Origin: Anaeramoeba ignava BMAN
Taxonomy: Eukaryota; Protista; Anaeramoebae
DNA length: 64,000 bases
Direction: 5' to 3'
Assembly: GCA_028826165.1 (NCBI GenBank)
Contig: JAPDFW010000059.1
Span: 868,001 to 932,000 of the forward strand
The notes under the pieces are model-generated. The model was not told the origin of the DNA, searched no databases, and saw nothing but the letters and a program-made list of their open reading frames with translations. A program made the translations under genes and the position numbers. Shown here piece after piece: positions 1-12,594 of the stretch (positions are counted from its first letter, which is position 1; every line of letters starts with the position of its first letter).

Positions 1-97
1 ATATTATTTATATTTATATTTTAAATATTTATATTTATATTTATATTTATATTTTAAATATTCATAATTATGATTGTGGATTATTTTTCTTTTTTAG

Positions 98-2524
98 TTT
101 TACTAAAACTTATGATCTTGGATTTAATGATCTTTTTGAAAAAATTACAGATGATGATATTTATCAGATTATTTTACAGCATTTATCTTGTCTTGGCTTT
201 CGAAAAACTAAAGAAACATTAGAAAAAGAAGCAAATATTAAATGTAAAAAAAATTTGAATTAAAAAATTTGAATTAAAAAATTTGAATTAAAAAATTTGA
301 ATTAAAAAATTTGAATTTTTCTTTTTTAGTTGAGGATAAACATTTTAAAGAAAGTTATCTTCTTTCTATTCTTCGGAAATCAGTTAAAGAAATTGATAAA
401 GTATTTGATATTGCTTTAGAAGAAAGAGAAGTAGCAATTCCTCGAACATCAAATGTTGAATCAGATTTACAAAATGAACAAGAAAATCAACGAAAAGAAA
501 AAACCAAAATTATTGATGAAAATGCAGATCGTTCACAAGAATTAATTCAATATTTAGTTGATTTAGGGTTTATTATTTTATTATAATTTATTTTACTTAA
601 TTTCTTATAGATAAAAAAATTTATAAAAAAAATATAAAAGTTATGAAGATGAAGAAGAAGATATTGAAGATGATATCCCAATTTGGAAAGAACCTCCAAA
701 TTCAGATCAAAATATTCTTTTTATGGAAGGACCTAAAAAAGGTTAAAACAAAAAGAAAAAAAGAAAAAAGAAAAAAAGAAAAATTTTTTAATCAAATTTC
801 TTTCAAAATGAATTGTTTTTTTTTTCAAATAGAAATTAAAGCAGCAACACTTAATAAATTAGTTGAAAAACTTACATCAGAACAATCGGATGGAGTTAAA
901 ACTGATACATTTTTAATGACATTCCCTTCATTTACAACACCAAAACGTTTATTTTATAAATTAGTTCAAAGGTACTTTTTAAAAATTAAAATTAAAATTC
1001 ATTTATAAAACAAAATTAAAATTAAAATCAAAATTAAAATTAAAATTAAAATTAAAATTAAAATTAAAATTTATTTATAAAATTAAAATTAAAATTCATT
1101 TATAAAATTAAAATTAAAAAAGATTTCATGTTCCAAGAGCAAAATCTTTAAATGAAGAAGAATATCTACAAATGAAGAAAACAATACAATTAAAAGTTGT
1201 AAATGTAATTACAAAATGGGTTGAAAAATATTTTTCAAATTTTAACAGTCAATTAGTTCAAGAAATAAAAGATTTTATTGATGAAACTTTGGAAAATGAA
1301 GATCGAAAACTAGCAGAAAAACTAAGAGCAGTTATAACAAAGAAAATTGGAGGAATTGGATCAAAAAAAATAGTTTATGAACCACCAAATATTCCTGATC
1401 CAATTGTTCCCAAAAATATTTTTTCACCAACATTATCTATTTTTGATGTTGATGAAGAAGAAATTGCGAGACAGATGACTCTTATTGATTTTCAATTATA
1501 CACAAAAATTGAGGTTAAAATTAAATTTAAAATTCAAAATTATAAAATTTAAAATTAAAATTATAAAATTAAAATTCATTTATAAAAATTATATTTATAA
1601 AATTAAAATTAAAATTCATTTATAAAATTCATTTATAAAATTAAAATTCATTTATAAAATTATAAAATTTAAAATTATAAAATTTAAAATTAAAATTAAA
1701 ATTAAAATTCATTTATAAAAATTATATTTATTAAATTTAAAATTAAAATTAAAATTCAAAATTAAAATTAAAATTAAAATTCATTTATAAAAATTATATT
1801 TATAAAATTAAAATTATAATTAAAATTATATTTATAAAATTTAAAATAGCCAACAGAATTACTAAATCAATCATGGAATAAATCAAAATACAAACATAAA
1901 GCACCTAATGTATTAGCATTTATACAAAGATTTAATGATGTTTCACTTTGGGTTGCAACAAGTGTTGTTCGACAAGATTCATTAAAATCACGAATGGGAG
2001 TGATTGTGAAATTTATTAAAATTGCATATCATTGCAAAACATTACATAATTTTAATACTACAATGGGAATTTATGCAGGATTAAATTCAACACCTATTTA
2101 TAGATTAAAAACCACATGGGAAAGTATAAAAGAAAGAAGAATAGTTGACATGTATTTAGAAATTGAAGAAGAGATGTCAGCAAAATCATCATATAAAAAT
2201 TATCGAGATTCTTTGAAAAAAGTGAATCCACCTTGTATTCCTTATTTGGGGATTCATTTAACTGATTTAACTTTTATTGAAGAAGGGAATCCTGATTATA
2301 TTGGAAAGTTGATTCATTTTGCAAAGAAAAAACTTATTTATGAAGCTATTGTTGAAATTCAACAATATCAACAAAAAGGTTATGATCTTCAACCTGTTTA
2401 CCAAATACAACAATTGTTATTGAATTTAAAAATGATTAGTGAACAAGAATTATATGCAAAATCTTTGGAAATTGAACCCAGAAATTTTGTAATTCCATCA
2501 GGACCATCACAACATAATGATTGA
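98..2524 (+). CDS. LisH-domain RasGEF (REM + CDC25 domains), 5'-partial; exons ~98-243, 330-567, 641-741, 833-971, 1123-1513, 1850-2524
   Basis: LisH-like IYQIILQHLSCLGFRKTKETLEKEA; REM motif IKAATLNKLVEKLT..FLMTF; CDC25 motifs EEIARQMTLID, HNFN, PPCIPYLGIHLTDLTFIEEGN. All five GT-AG introns join in phase. Confidence 0.92.
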
Positions 2525-2840
2525 TAGTTATTTTTTATTACAAGAAATTTTATAGATTGAATAAATTTAAAATTCAATTCAAAATTCAATTCAAAATTCA
2601 ATTAAATTCAAAATTCAAAATAAATATTAAATACTATTTCAAATTGAAAAATTTGGAATTATTTTCTCTTCAATTTCAATTCCAAAAAAAAAATGTTTTC
2701 TTTTTAAAAAAAGTTTCAATTTTGTTTTATTTTTTTTTTTTAAATAAATTTTTCTTTAATAAAAAAAAAATCATTTTTTTATTTTTACTTTTTATTATAA
2801 TTTCTTTAAAAAGAAAAGAAGAAAAAAAAATATATTTCAA

Positions 2841-5800
2841 ATGAGTCTTTCACGTTCGACATCAAGAGAAAAAAAAATGAGTAAAGGAAATTCAAAGAAA
2901 GAAATAAAAGAAACAAAAGAAACAAATGAAACAGAAGAAAATAATGAAACAGAAGAAATAAATGAAAAAAATAAAATAACAAGAAATTATTATACTTTAA
3001 AACGTTCAGAAATTGTGAAAAAAGATTCATTTTCTTCAATGTTAAGAATTCCTCGTGATGATTTAAGTGTTGATATTAGAGATAGGGAATTAAGGGTTTT
3101 AACAAATTTAACGGAAGTAAATTTAAAAAATAATTTCAAAAATAATTTAAAAAATAATTCAATATTCAATTTCAAAAATAATTCAATATTTAATTCAATT
3201 CAATTCATATTCAATTCAATATTCAATTCAATTCAATTCAATATTCAATTCATATTCAATTTAATTCAATTCAATATTCAATTTAATTCAATTCAATATT
3301 CAATTCAATATTTAATTTATATTTAATATTCAATTCAATTTATATTTAATTCAATATTCAATATTCAATTCAATTCAATATTTAATATTCAATTCAATAT
3401 TTAATTTATATTTAATTTATATTTAATTCAATATTCAACTTTCAATTTAATTCAATTTAATTCAATTTAATTTAATTCAATTTAATTCAATTCAATTCAA
3501 TATTCAATATTCAATTCAATATTCAATATTCAATTCAATTCAATATTCAATTCAATATTCAATTTATTTTATAAATAATTCAAAAAAATAATAATCTAGA
3601 AAGAAGATTTGCAAAAACTTCCATTATTCATTCAAGATCGTTACAAAGCTTTTTTTGATAGTTGGGTTTTTGTCCAAAGAAAATATCGAACATATCAGAA
3701 AAAAAAAGAGGTTCCAATAATTGAAAGAAAATTTCCAGAACAAAAATTCGAAGTTGATCACGAACTTTTAAAAGATAAAAAATATAAATCAATACAAGAA
3801 GTACGATTTGAAGATGGAGTTCCAATAAACAAAGAGGAAAAACCGATTAAACTAACGGAAGAAGATTTTGAATATGAATTTATAAAATCATCCGATTCTC
3901 AAAAATCACATCTTTTAAATGTAGAAAAAAGATCAAAGCATTATGTCAATATATTTGAGTCATTTTCCAATATTGATATTCGACCTGTTGTTGGCGATCC
4001 ACGTTCACCTTCAATTGCTTTCCGTGATTTATATGTGAATCAATTATTTGTCCATCCGATCTCGCTTGAGTTTGCTATTCCTGAAGAAATTGAACCTTTT
4101 TTTTGTACTTTAGCTTTATATGATTTGGCAACTCAATCAAAATTATCAGAAGATTTTCATTTTGAGTTGAATAAACCCAATTTACAGAAAATGACTTATT
4201 ATGATAAGAATTATGATAAAACAACAATTGTAAAGAATGCGATATTTTCATTTCCTAATCCGTCCAAGGAACTTGTTTTTATATTAAGAATAGATCAAGT
4301 TTTGAAAGGAAGTTATGACGATACGATTGATCCTTATTTAAAGGGAGTAAATGAAAATTCATTTATAAAACCAATTTTAAAATCAAAATTAAAATTATTT
4401 ATAAAATCAATTTTAAAATCAAAATTCATTTATAAAATCAATTTTAAAATCAAAATTCATTTACAAAATTAAAATCAAAATTAAAATTTAAAATCAAAAT
4501 TAAAATTAAAATTAAAATTCATTTATAAAATTCATTTTAAAAATTAAAAAATTCATTTAAAATTAAATTAAAAATTAAAATTAAAATTAAAAAATTAAAA
4601 TTAAAATTAAAATTAAAATTAAAAATTCATTTATAAAATTAAATTTTAAAATTAAATTTAAAATTAAAATTAAAATTAAAATTAAAATTCATTTATAAAA
4701 TCAAAATTAAAATTAAAATTAAAATCAATTTTAAAATTAAAATTCATTTATAAAATTAAAATTCATTTATAAAATTAAAATTAAAATTAAAATTTAAAAT
4801 TAAAATTAAAATTAAAATTAAAATTAAAATTAAAATTAAAATCAAAATCAAAATTAAAATTAAAATTAAAATTAAAATTAAAATTAAAATTAAAATTAAA
4901 ATTAAAATTAAAATTAAAATTAAAAATAAAATTCATTTATAAAATTAAAATTCATTTATAAAATTTAAATTTAAAAAGAAATCAATAAGCACAAGAAAAC
5001 TCCAAACTCTCCAAAAAACATACCCAGAAATATTCGCCAATTTCGGGGAATATAGACAAGCATTTGCATGGTCATTTGCACCACTATTCAAAATGAACGC
5101 ATTATCCAACCAAATAGTGGATCTTTTTGGGGAAAAAGAAGATTTCCAATTCACATCATTATACAAAACAAAAGAATTAATAACGGACGAAAAAATATTC
5201 AATTTCATATTGAACGAAGCAGGGGGATCTGGAAAGAAAAAAACAATACCAGGAAGCATGAAGATGCGAGTGGCGCGATTAGAGAAGAATTCGGAGATGA
5301 TCAAAGACAAGTTGTGTTTGGATCCATCATTATATCCTGTTGCGCTAAGCGAGGAATTTATGGGGGATATGGACGGGAACGTTTGGGTCGACTCAAAATT
5401 ATCAACAACATTGAACCGCGACAGCGTGAGTATACTTGAGATCCAGAACTTTGCTGATATGGCGAAGCAGGAACCAAAGCTGTCATATGTCAACAACCTT
5501 TATATTTATCCAACACAATTGATGACAACTGTCAAGAAAACATATGTGATTAAAATTCAACTTATGGAAGATGACAGCAATTTAAACGGCTCTGGAATGT
5601 CTCATTTCTACGGAGTAATCCGCCAGAAGAAATTTGTCAATTTCCGTTATACAAAAGCGAATTTCCAAAAAAAAGCGCCGAAATTTCACGACGAAATAAA
5701 GCTTCTGTTGCCGCAGGATATCACCGAAAAACACCATCTTTTGTTTACCTATTACCACGCGCATTGCAAGGAAAAGAAACCGAAGAAAATTGCGGATGTG

Positions 5801-8800
5801 ATTGGATACTCTGTGCTGCCGTTATTCGATCCGAATTTAGTGATCGAAAGAGAGATCAAAATTCCCATTTTGAAAGAGCTTCCGAATGAGCATTATTTGG
5901 AGGCGATCCAGGAAAGCGGCGAGAAAATGAAGCAGTATTTGGACCTGAGATTGCGTGCTGTGAGCTCGTTGTATCCGCAAGATGGGGATATAATGGGTCT
6001 TTTGTATTATTTTGGCAAGAAAGGAAACGAGGCGCATCAGAAATTAATGCATGCGCTTGAAAGATTGAGGACAACAAGAGTAGCAAACGAGGAGATGTTC
6101 CATTATTTCCCGACAATATTCAGCATTGTTTCGCAGCTGATGTGCGGGTTTGGAGTGTCTGAAAAGGATGAGAAAAAAACGGAAAAAACAGAAAAAACGG
6201 AAAAAACGGAAAAAACGGAAAATATAACAACAAAAAAGGATTCCTTCCAGGAACAGTCGCGACCAGCAATGGTGCGTATTGCGGCTTTTCCATGCATTCG
6301 CAAGCGTAGCGTTTGCGATCCAAAATGATCAGAAACATGTGGATAATCTGAAGATTTATATCGAGCATCTTTTTAAGAATCCGACAGATTATTCGGATCT
6401 TTTTGCGCATGTAGCCGAATTGTGGCGCGCGGAGATCGACAAGCTGAACATGGAGACTACGGTGGAGTCTTCTGGGAGTCCTTTTGTGAATCCGGCGTGG
6501 TTTTTCTACGAAGTAGTGATAAAATCCGCGATACTTTTTTTGGAAGAAAAGGATCTGTTGCGACATGATTCGCGGAAAAAATACAAAGCGTTATCGCGGG
6601 AGTTTCTGAAAAACATCAGAGGACTTGTTCAGGGAGTGCAGACACAAGTTCTGCGACGGATGTCAACGGGGCTGACAGTTGCCAAGAGACTGAACCGAGC
6701 AACTGCGCTGTTTCTGAAGGATCTACTCCACATTTACAACATTGAAGAGGTTTTCGAGCTTATGCAGAAATATATCCGCGGATTTAGCGGAAACGAGGAT
6801 GCGGGGTCGCGCGCAACGTTCAAGCTGGATTTCCTGCAGATTGTTCTTGAGACTGAGCATTATTTCGCACTCAATATCCCAGTGTGCATCCCCTTTGAAA
6901 CAAGTACAACCAATATGGCGGTTATTTTGTCCGAAAGACATTTTCTTGTCGGACTTCTTTTGCGCGAGATTTTCACCATCATAGCGAGTTCTCACGGCGA
7001 GGATGTTGCGCAGACAAGCGCGATCTCTCTGCTGCGGGATGTTCTCCACAAGCACGAGACGGATCCGCGGCTGCAGGAAAAGAACGCGATGGGGAGAATC
7101 GGGGCACTTTATCTTCTTCTTGTTGTGTTTTTTATCGACAACATCGCGGTCTGCAACAACATGTCACAAGACTCCCAACGGAACCTTCTTGTGTCGCTTG
7201 TGTTTGTTCTTCGTTATATCGACTCGGGATATTTTCTGGACTGGTGGGGACATGAAAATATGCGGCGCCGACTTGTTTTTTTCGATCTTCTGCGTTTGTG
7301 CATCACCGTGTTTGAATATCCCGGTCTGAAGCAACTTCGGACGCTCTCAGAAAAGCGTCTGCAAGAATCACCAACAATGCGTACCGCTGAGCTGGAGGAT
7401 GTTAAGGAGCGTCTTGAGCAGCGATACGCAAACAGCGCAATAATGTCTTTTCGGGATCGCACTCCGACAGACTCTCCAACTCGCCGTTTTAGCTCGTTCA
7501 AGAAAACAACGCCGAAACAGGACGTGTGGTCTGACGACGAGACAAGTCCGCAATCCAAAAACACGCCGCGAAAACTATTCATGACATACACACTCTCCAA
7601 CCGTCCTGTTGTGGGCGACAACACCCAAATGGAGGCCAACTTATCGGTCCAGGTTTCGCTCACAATCCTCAACATCATCGAGACACTCATGGTCAATCTC
7701 CATTCGCGTCTTTCTGCAGACGATGCGGTCCAAGACTCCTCCGTTCTCAAAAACCTTTTTTTAACAATGATCAAGTTGTTCGAAACAAACCAGTCCGACA
7801 CCGTCGTCCTTGCGCTCTTCGCTTCTGCAAGGCTCTTTGTCCGTCTCTACCGCGATTCCGTCTTCGCGCAGAATAACTCCCTTCTCCAAACCCTGTTTCA
7901 CAAGACATTTGCGAAGACCATATCGCCGAGTAAGAGCGTCCGTTGTCGCGCGAATGCATTTGCGTTTCTTTTGATCAAAACAAATTTCAAACATTCAAGA
8001 AACATTTCCAAAAGCGAAATCAACTCAATCATTGCGCTGTCAAAACTTGTTGGTGATCCCGCAAAATTCCAGGATGATCTCTCAATACGATCCGCGTTTC
8101 TTATCATGCAACAATACGCATCAAAAGAGAAACTCGGAAAAGGCCAGTTCAATCTCCTTGTGAAAAAACACTCTGAGGAACTGACAAGCATTCTTCGCGA
8201 CGGAGCCAAACTCGCAAAATGCCAACACGATCCCGAAATGACAGCCGAACTTTATCTCAAAATTGCCGACGGTTATAAAAAAGCGCCTGACTTACGGTTG
8301 ACGTGGTTGGAGTCTCTCAAAAACTTCAACACAAAACACGAGAACAACATGGAGGCGTTTGTCAACGGGATTCACATGTGCGCGCTTGTTGGCGAGTATC
8401 TTCGCACAACGCGGCCTGAATGTGATTGGATCGCGCAGGGCGCACTTACTTTCGAAAACATCGCCCGATCCTGCGCAGAAGAGCTCTTTCCACGGGACGT
8501 AGTCGACATACAACGTCTCGCTCACTCACCGAGCTTCACCACAAGATGGCTCGAACTTCTCCTCGTCTCCATATCCGATCTCGCCAATCGCTCGGGTTTC
8601 TATGAGGCAAAATTTAGGACAGATAAGCTCGTCATGCAAATTTATGAACAGCGTCTCGACTGGAATTCTCTCGCTTCTTTGCATTCGGATCTCCAGAAAG
8701 TTTTCCAAAACCTCGCTGCCGAGTCCGCAAATAACATCCAAAACCGCGGATTTGGTGCTTTTTATCGAGTTGCTTTTTATGGAGATTTTTTCGCCGATCT

Positions 8801-9569
8801 TGATCCAAATCAGTTCATTTATCGCGAACCAGATTTTACCCATTTATTCACACTTGCCGAGAAACTAACCAAACAATACGAGCGCAGTTTCGGCACAGGC
8901 AACGTTGAGATTATCCAGAAGTCCCAAGATGTGGATCCAAAAAAACTCCAGCCAAACCGCGCGTATCTGCAAATCACCTCAGTTGAGCCTTATTTCTCAG
9001 ACGAAGAAAACATCCCGCGTGTCTCACGTTTCCAGCGCTCGTTCAATCTTTCCAAGTTCTTCTTCGAGACGCCATTCACAAAGTCAGGCAAGCCACACGG
9101 GAACATCAACGAGCAGTATCTGACAAAAACAATCCTTTCATGCAGAGGCACATTTCCTTATCTTATCAAAAGATTGCCCATCATTAACAAGAAGCAATCC
9201 ACACTTTCTCCCATTCAAACATCAACTGACAACATGAAGAAGAAGAACATCCAGATACAGTCTATTCTAGACTCCTCGCTCAAGAATATAAACGAACTCC
9301 AGTCACTTCTTAATGGAACTTGTCTTGCGTCCGTTAATGTCGGTCCAGCTGAAATTGCTAAGGTTTTTCTTACTAATCCTCGTGATTTTCCCTCAGATGA
9401 TGTCAAAATGTTGATCTCGGAATTCCGTCTTTTTTTCCTTAATCTTAATCTTCTTCTTAAGGAACATGAAAGGCTTGCTAATGATGATGCTCGCCCTTTT
9501 CATGAAGCTGTTGTTAATGGTTTTGATAAGCTCAAAGCACAAGTTGAACCCTTTTTGGATTTCTTTTAA
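2841..9569 (+). CDS. DOCK-family Rho GEF (DOCK-C/D type; DHR-1 C2 and DHR-2); exons 2841-3116, 3600-4346, 4979-6147, 6251-9569
   Basis: Motifs EPFFCTLALYD..KLSEDFHF, YRQAFAWS, NNLYIYP, FHDEIKL..HHLLFTYYH, APDLRLTWL, FETPFTKSGK, SVNVGP. A 103-nt intron (GTTTGG..TTCCAG, 6148-6250) explains the frame change between ORFs 5093 and 6279. Confidence 0.95.
3120..3570. repeat. (AATTC/AATATTC)n array in DOCK intron 1
   Basis: Directly visible. Confidence 0.9.
4350..4975. repeat. (AAAATT)n array with ATTCATTTAT cassettes in DOCK intron 2
   Basis: Directly visible. Confidence 0.92.
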
Positions 9570-9679
9570 TTCTCTTGTTTTCCTACTTGTTTTTCTTTAA
9601 TCAACTTCTTTTCTTTTTCTTTAATCAACTTCTTTCTTTTTCTTTCTTTTTTTTTTAAATGTTTTCTTTTCAATCAATT

Positions 9680-10214
9680 TAAAATTAAAATCAAAATTAA
9701 AATTAAAATTAAAATCAAAATCAAAATTAAAATCAAAATTAAAATTAAAATCAAAATCAAAATTAAAATCAAAATCAAAATTAAAATCAAAATCAAAATC
9801 AAAATCAAAATCAAAATCAAAATTAAAATCAAAATTAAAATTAAAATTAAAATTAAAATTAAAATCAAAATTAAAATTAAAATTAAAATTAAAATCAAAA
9901 TCAAAATTAAAATTAAAATTTAAAATTAAAATTAAAATTAAAATTAAAATTAAAATCAAAATCAAAATCAAAAATTTAAAAAAAATTAAAATCAATTAAA
10001 ATTAAAATTAAAATTTAAAAAATCAAAATTAAAATCAAAATTATAAAATTAAAATCAAAATTAAAATTAAAATCAAAATTAAAATTAAAATTAAAATCTA
10101 AATTAAAATCAAAATTAAAATTAAAATCAAAATCAAAATTAAAATTAAAATCAAAATCAAAATTAAAATTAAAATCAAAATTAAAATTAAAATTAAAATT
10201 AAAATCAAAATTAT
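9680..10214. repeat. Intergenic (AAAATY)n array
   Basis: Directly visible. Confidence 0.92.
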
Positions 10215-10338
10215 AAAGTGGAATGAAAATTTTTTAAATTTTTTAATTTTTCATTTTTTCATTTTTTCATTTTTTCATTTTTCATTTTTCATTTTTATTT
10301 GTTTATTTGTTTATTTTTTCTGTATTTATTGTTTTTAA

Positions 10339-12389
10339 ATGCAAAAAAAAATAGATTCACAAAAAAATTCTTTTTCACAAATAAAACCAAAACCAAAACC
10401 AAAACCAAAACCAAAACCAAAACCAAAATCAAAATCAAAATCAAAATCAAAAAAACCAAAAAGAAAACAATCAAAATTTCAACAAAAAAATGAATCAAAA
10501 TCAAGAAATAAATTCATTTCAAATCAAGAAAATCAAGAAAATCAAGAAAATAAAGAAATACAAGAAAATAAAGAAAATAAAGAAATACAAGAAAATAAAG
10601 AAATACAAGAAATTAAAGAAATTAAAGAAAATAAAGAAATTAAAGAAATTAAAGAAATACAAGAAAATAAAGAAAAACAAGAAATTAAAGAAATTAAAGA
10701 AAAACAAGAAATACAAGAAAATAAAGAAATTAAAGAAATTAAAGAAATTAAATCAAAAAATAAACTCCAAAGGAAATGGACTTTATGGGTTCATGTTCCT
10801 AAACCTCAATTAGGTGAAACAAAAGATGAATGGGATCAAAGTATTGTGGAAGTTTTTGAATTTGAAACTGTAATTTTCATTTATAATTCAATTTATATTT
10901 ATATTTATATTTAGATTTAGATTTAGATTTAGATTTAGATTTATATTTATATTTATATTTATAATTATATTTATATTTATATTTATATTTATAATTATAT
11001 TTATATTTATAATTATATTTATATTTATAATTATAATTATTTTTAGATTTATATTTATATTTATATTTATATTTATATTTAGATTTATATTTATATTTAT
11101 ATTTATATTTATATTTATATTTATATTTATATTTATATTTATATTTATATTTATATTTATATTTATATTTTATATTTATATTGATATTTATATTGATATT
11201 TATATTTATATTTATATTTATATTTATATTTATAATTTATTTATTTATTTATTTATATTTATATTTATATTTATATTATAATTATATTTATAATTATATT
11301 TATATTTATATTTATATTTATAGATTTATATTTAGATTTATATTTATTTTATATATTTATATTTATTATATTTATATTTATAATTATATTTATATTTATA
11401 TTTATATTTTTTATATTTATATTTATATTTATATTTATATTTATATTTTATATTTATATTTATATTTAAATTTATATTTTTTTATATTTAAATTTATATT
11501 TATATTTATAATTATATTTATATTTATATTTATAATTATATTTATATTTATATTATTTATATTTATATTTATATTTATATTTATATTTATATTTATATTT
11601 ATATTTATATTTATATTTATATTTATATTTATATTTATATTTATATTTATATTTATATTTTTATATTTATATTTATATTTATAATTATATTTATATTTAT
11701 ATTTATATTTATATTTATATTTATATTTATATTTATATTTATATTTATATTTATATTTATATTTATATATATATTTATATTTATATTTATTTAAATATTT
11801 ATATTTGTATTTATTTTTATATTTATTTTATTTTAGGTTGAACATTTTTGGAGAATGCTTAATCTTATTCAAATCCCAAGTCAATTAGCTCTTAATTATG
11901 ATTATTTTCTTTTTAAATCTGGTATTCAACCAAAATGGGAAGATCCTCAAAATTTAACAGGAGGAAAATGGTCTTTTTTTTTACGAAGAAAAGAATTAAG
12001 TTTAGATAATCTTTGGTTAAATACTGTAATTAATTCAATTTATTTTAATATAAAAATTTGAATTAAAATTTAATATGAAAATTAGATGCTTTCTTTAATT
12101 GGAGAACAATATGATGATCATGAGTTTATTTGTGGAGCTGCTGTAAGTAGAAGAACAACTGATAGAATTTCTCTTTGGACTAAAGATGCTGAAAAGAAAG
12201 ATAATCAAATTAGAATTGGGTTTGTTTAAATTTTTAATTAAATTTTTTAATTTCTTAATTAAATTTTAATTTAAAATATTTAGTGAAAAATTTAAGGAAA
12301 AATTAGAAATTCCAGAAAATACTAAAATTACTTTTAGTTCACATAAAACACTTCCAAATCAAGAAAAACCAATTAAATATAATGTTTAA
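10339..12389 (+). CDS. EIF4E: Translation initiation factor eIF4E (class I-like) with low-complexity N-terminal extension; exons 10339-10869, 11837-12025, 12086-12219, 12284-12389
   Basis: [59 protein letters not shown]; all eight conserved Trp residues present after splicing. Confidence 0.93.
10880..11830. repeat. (TTTATA)n array filling eIF4E intron 1
   Basis: Directly visible. Confidence 0.92.
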
Positions 12390-12594
12390 AAAACAAAACA
12401 AAAGAAATTATTTTAATTCAATTCAATTCAATTCAATTCAATTCAATAAACAATTTAGAATTCTTTTTTTTTAAAATTTTAAAATTTAAAAAAATATTCA
12501 AATTGAATTCATTTTCCAAAAAAAAAACAAAACAAAACAAATTAAAGAAAAAGGAAAAAAAAAATATTGAAATTAAATAAAAATTAATTTTAAA

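Noticed and set aside
6148-6328. Apparent frameshift in DOCK
   Set aside because: Resolved by a phase-correct 103-nt GT-AG intron (6148-6250).
4945-9406. Many antisense and alternate-frame ORFs in DOCK as overlapping genes or an inserted element
   Set aside because: Expected from locally higher GC; no recognisable domains, terminal repeats or intein motifs.
9621-9995. ILILIL/FNFDF/YIYI/FTNL ORFs here and at 11181, 15643, 21747, 37207, 43521, 47961, 59634, 60141
   Set aside because: Translations of 6- and 12-mer microsatellites in introns or intergenic DNA.
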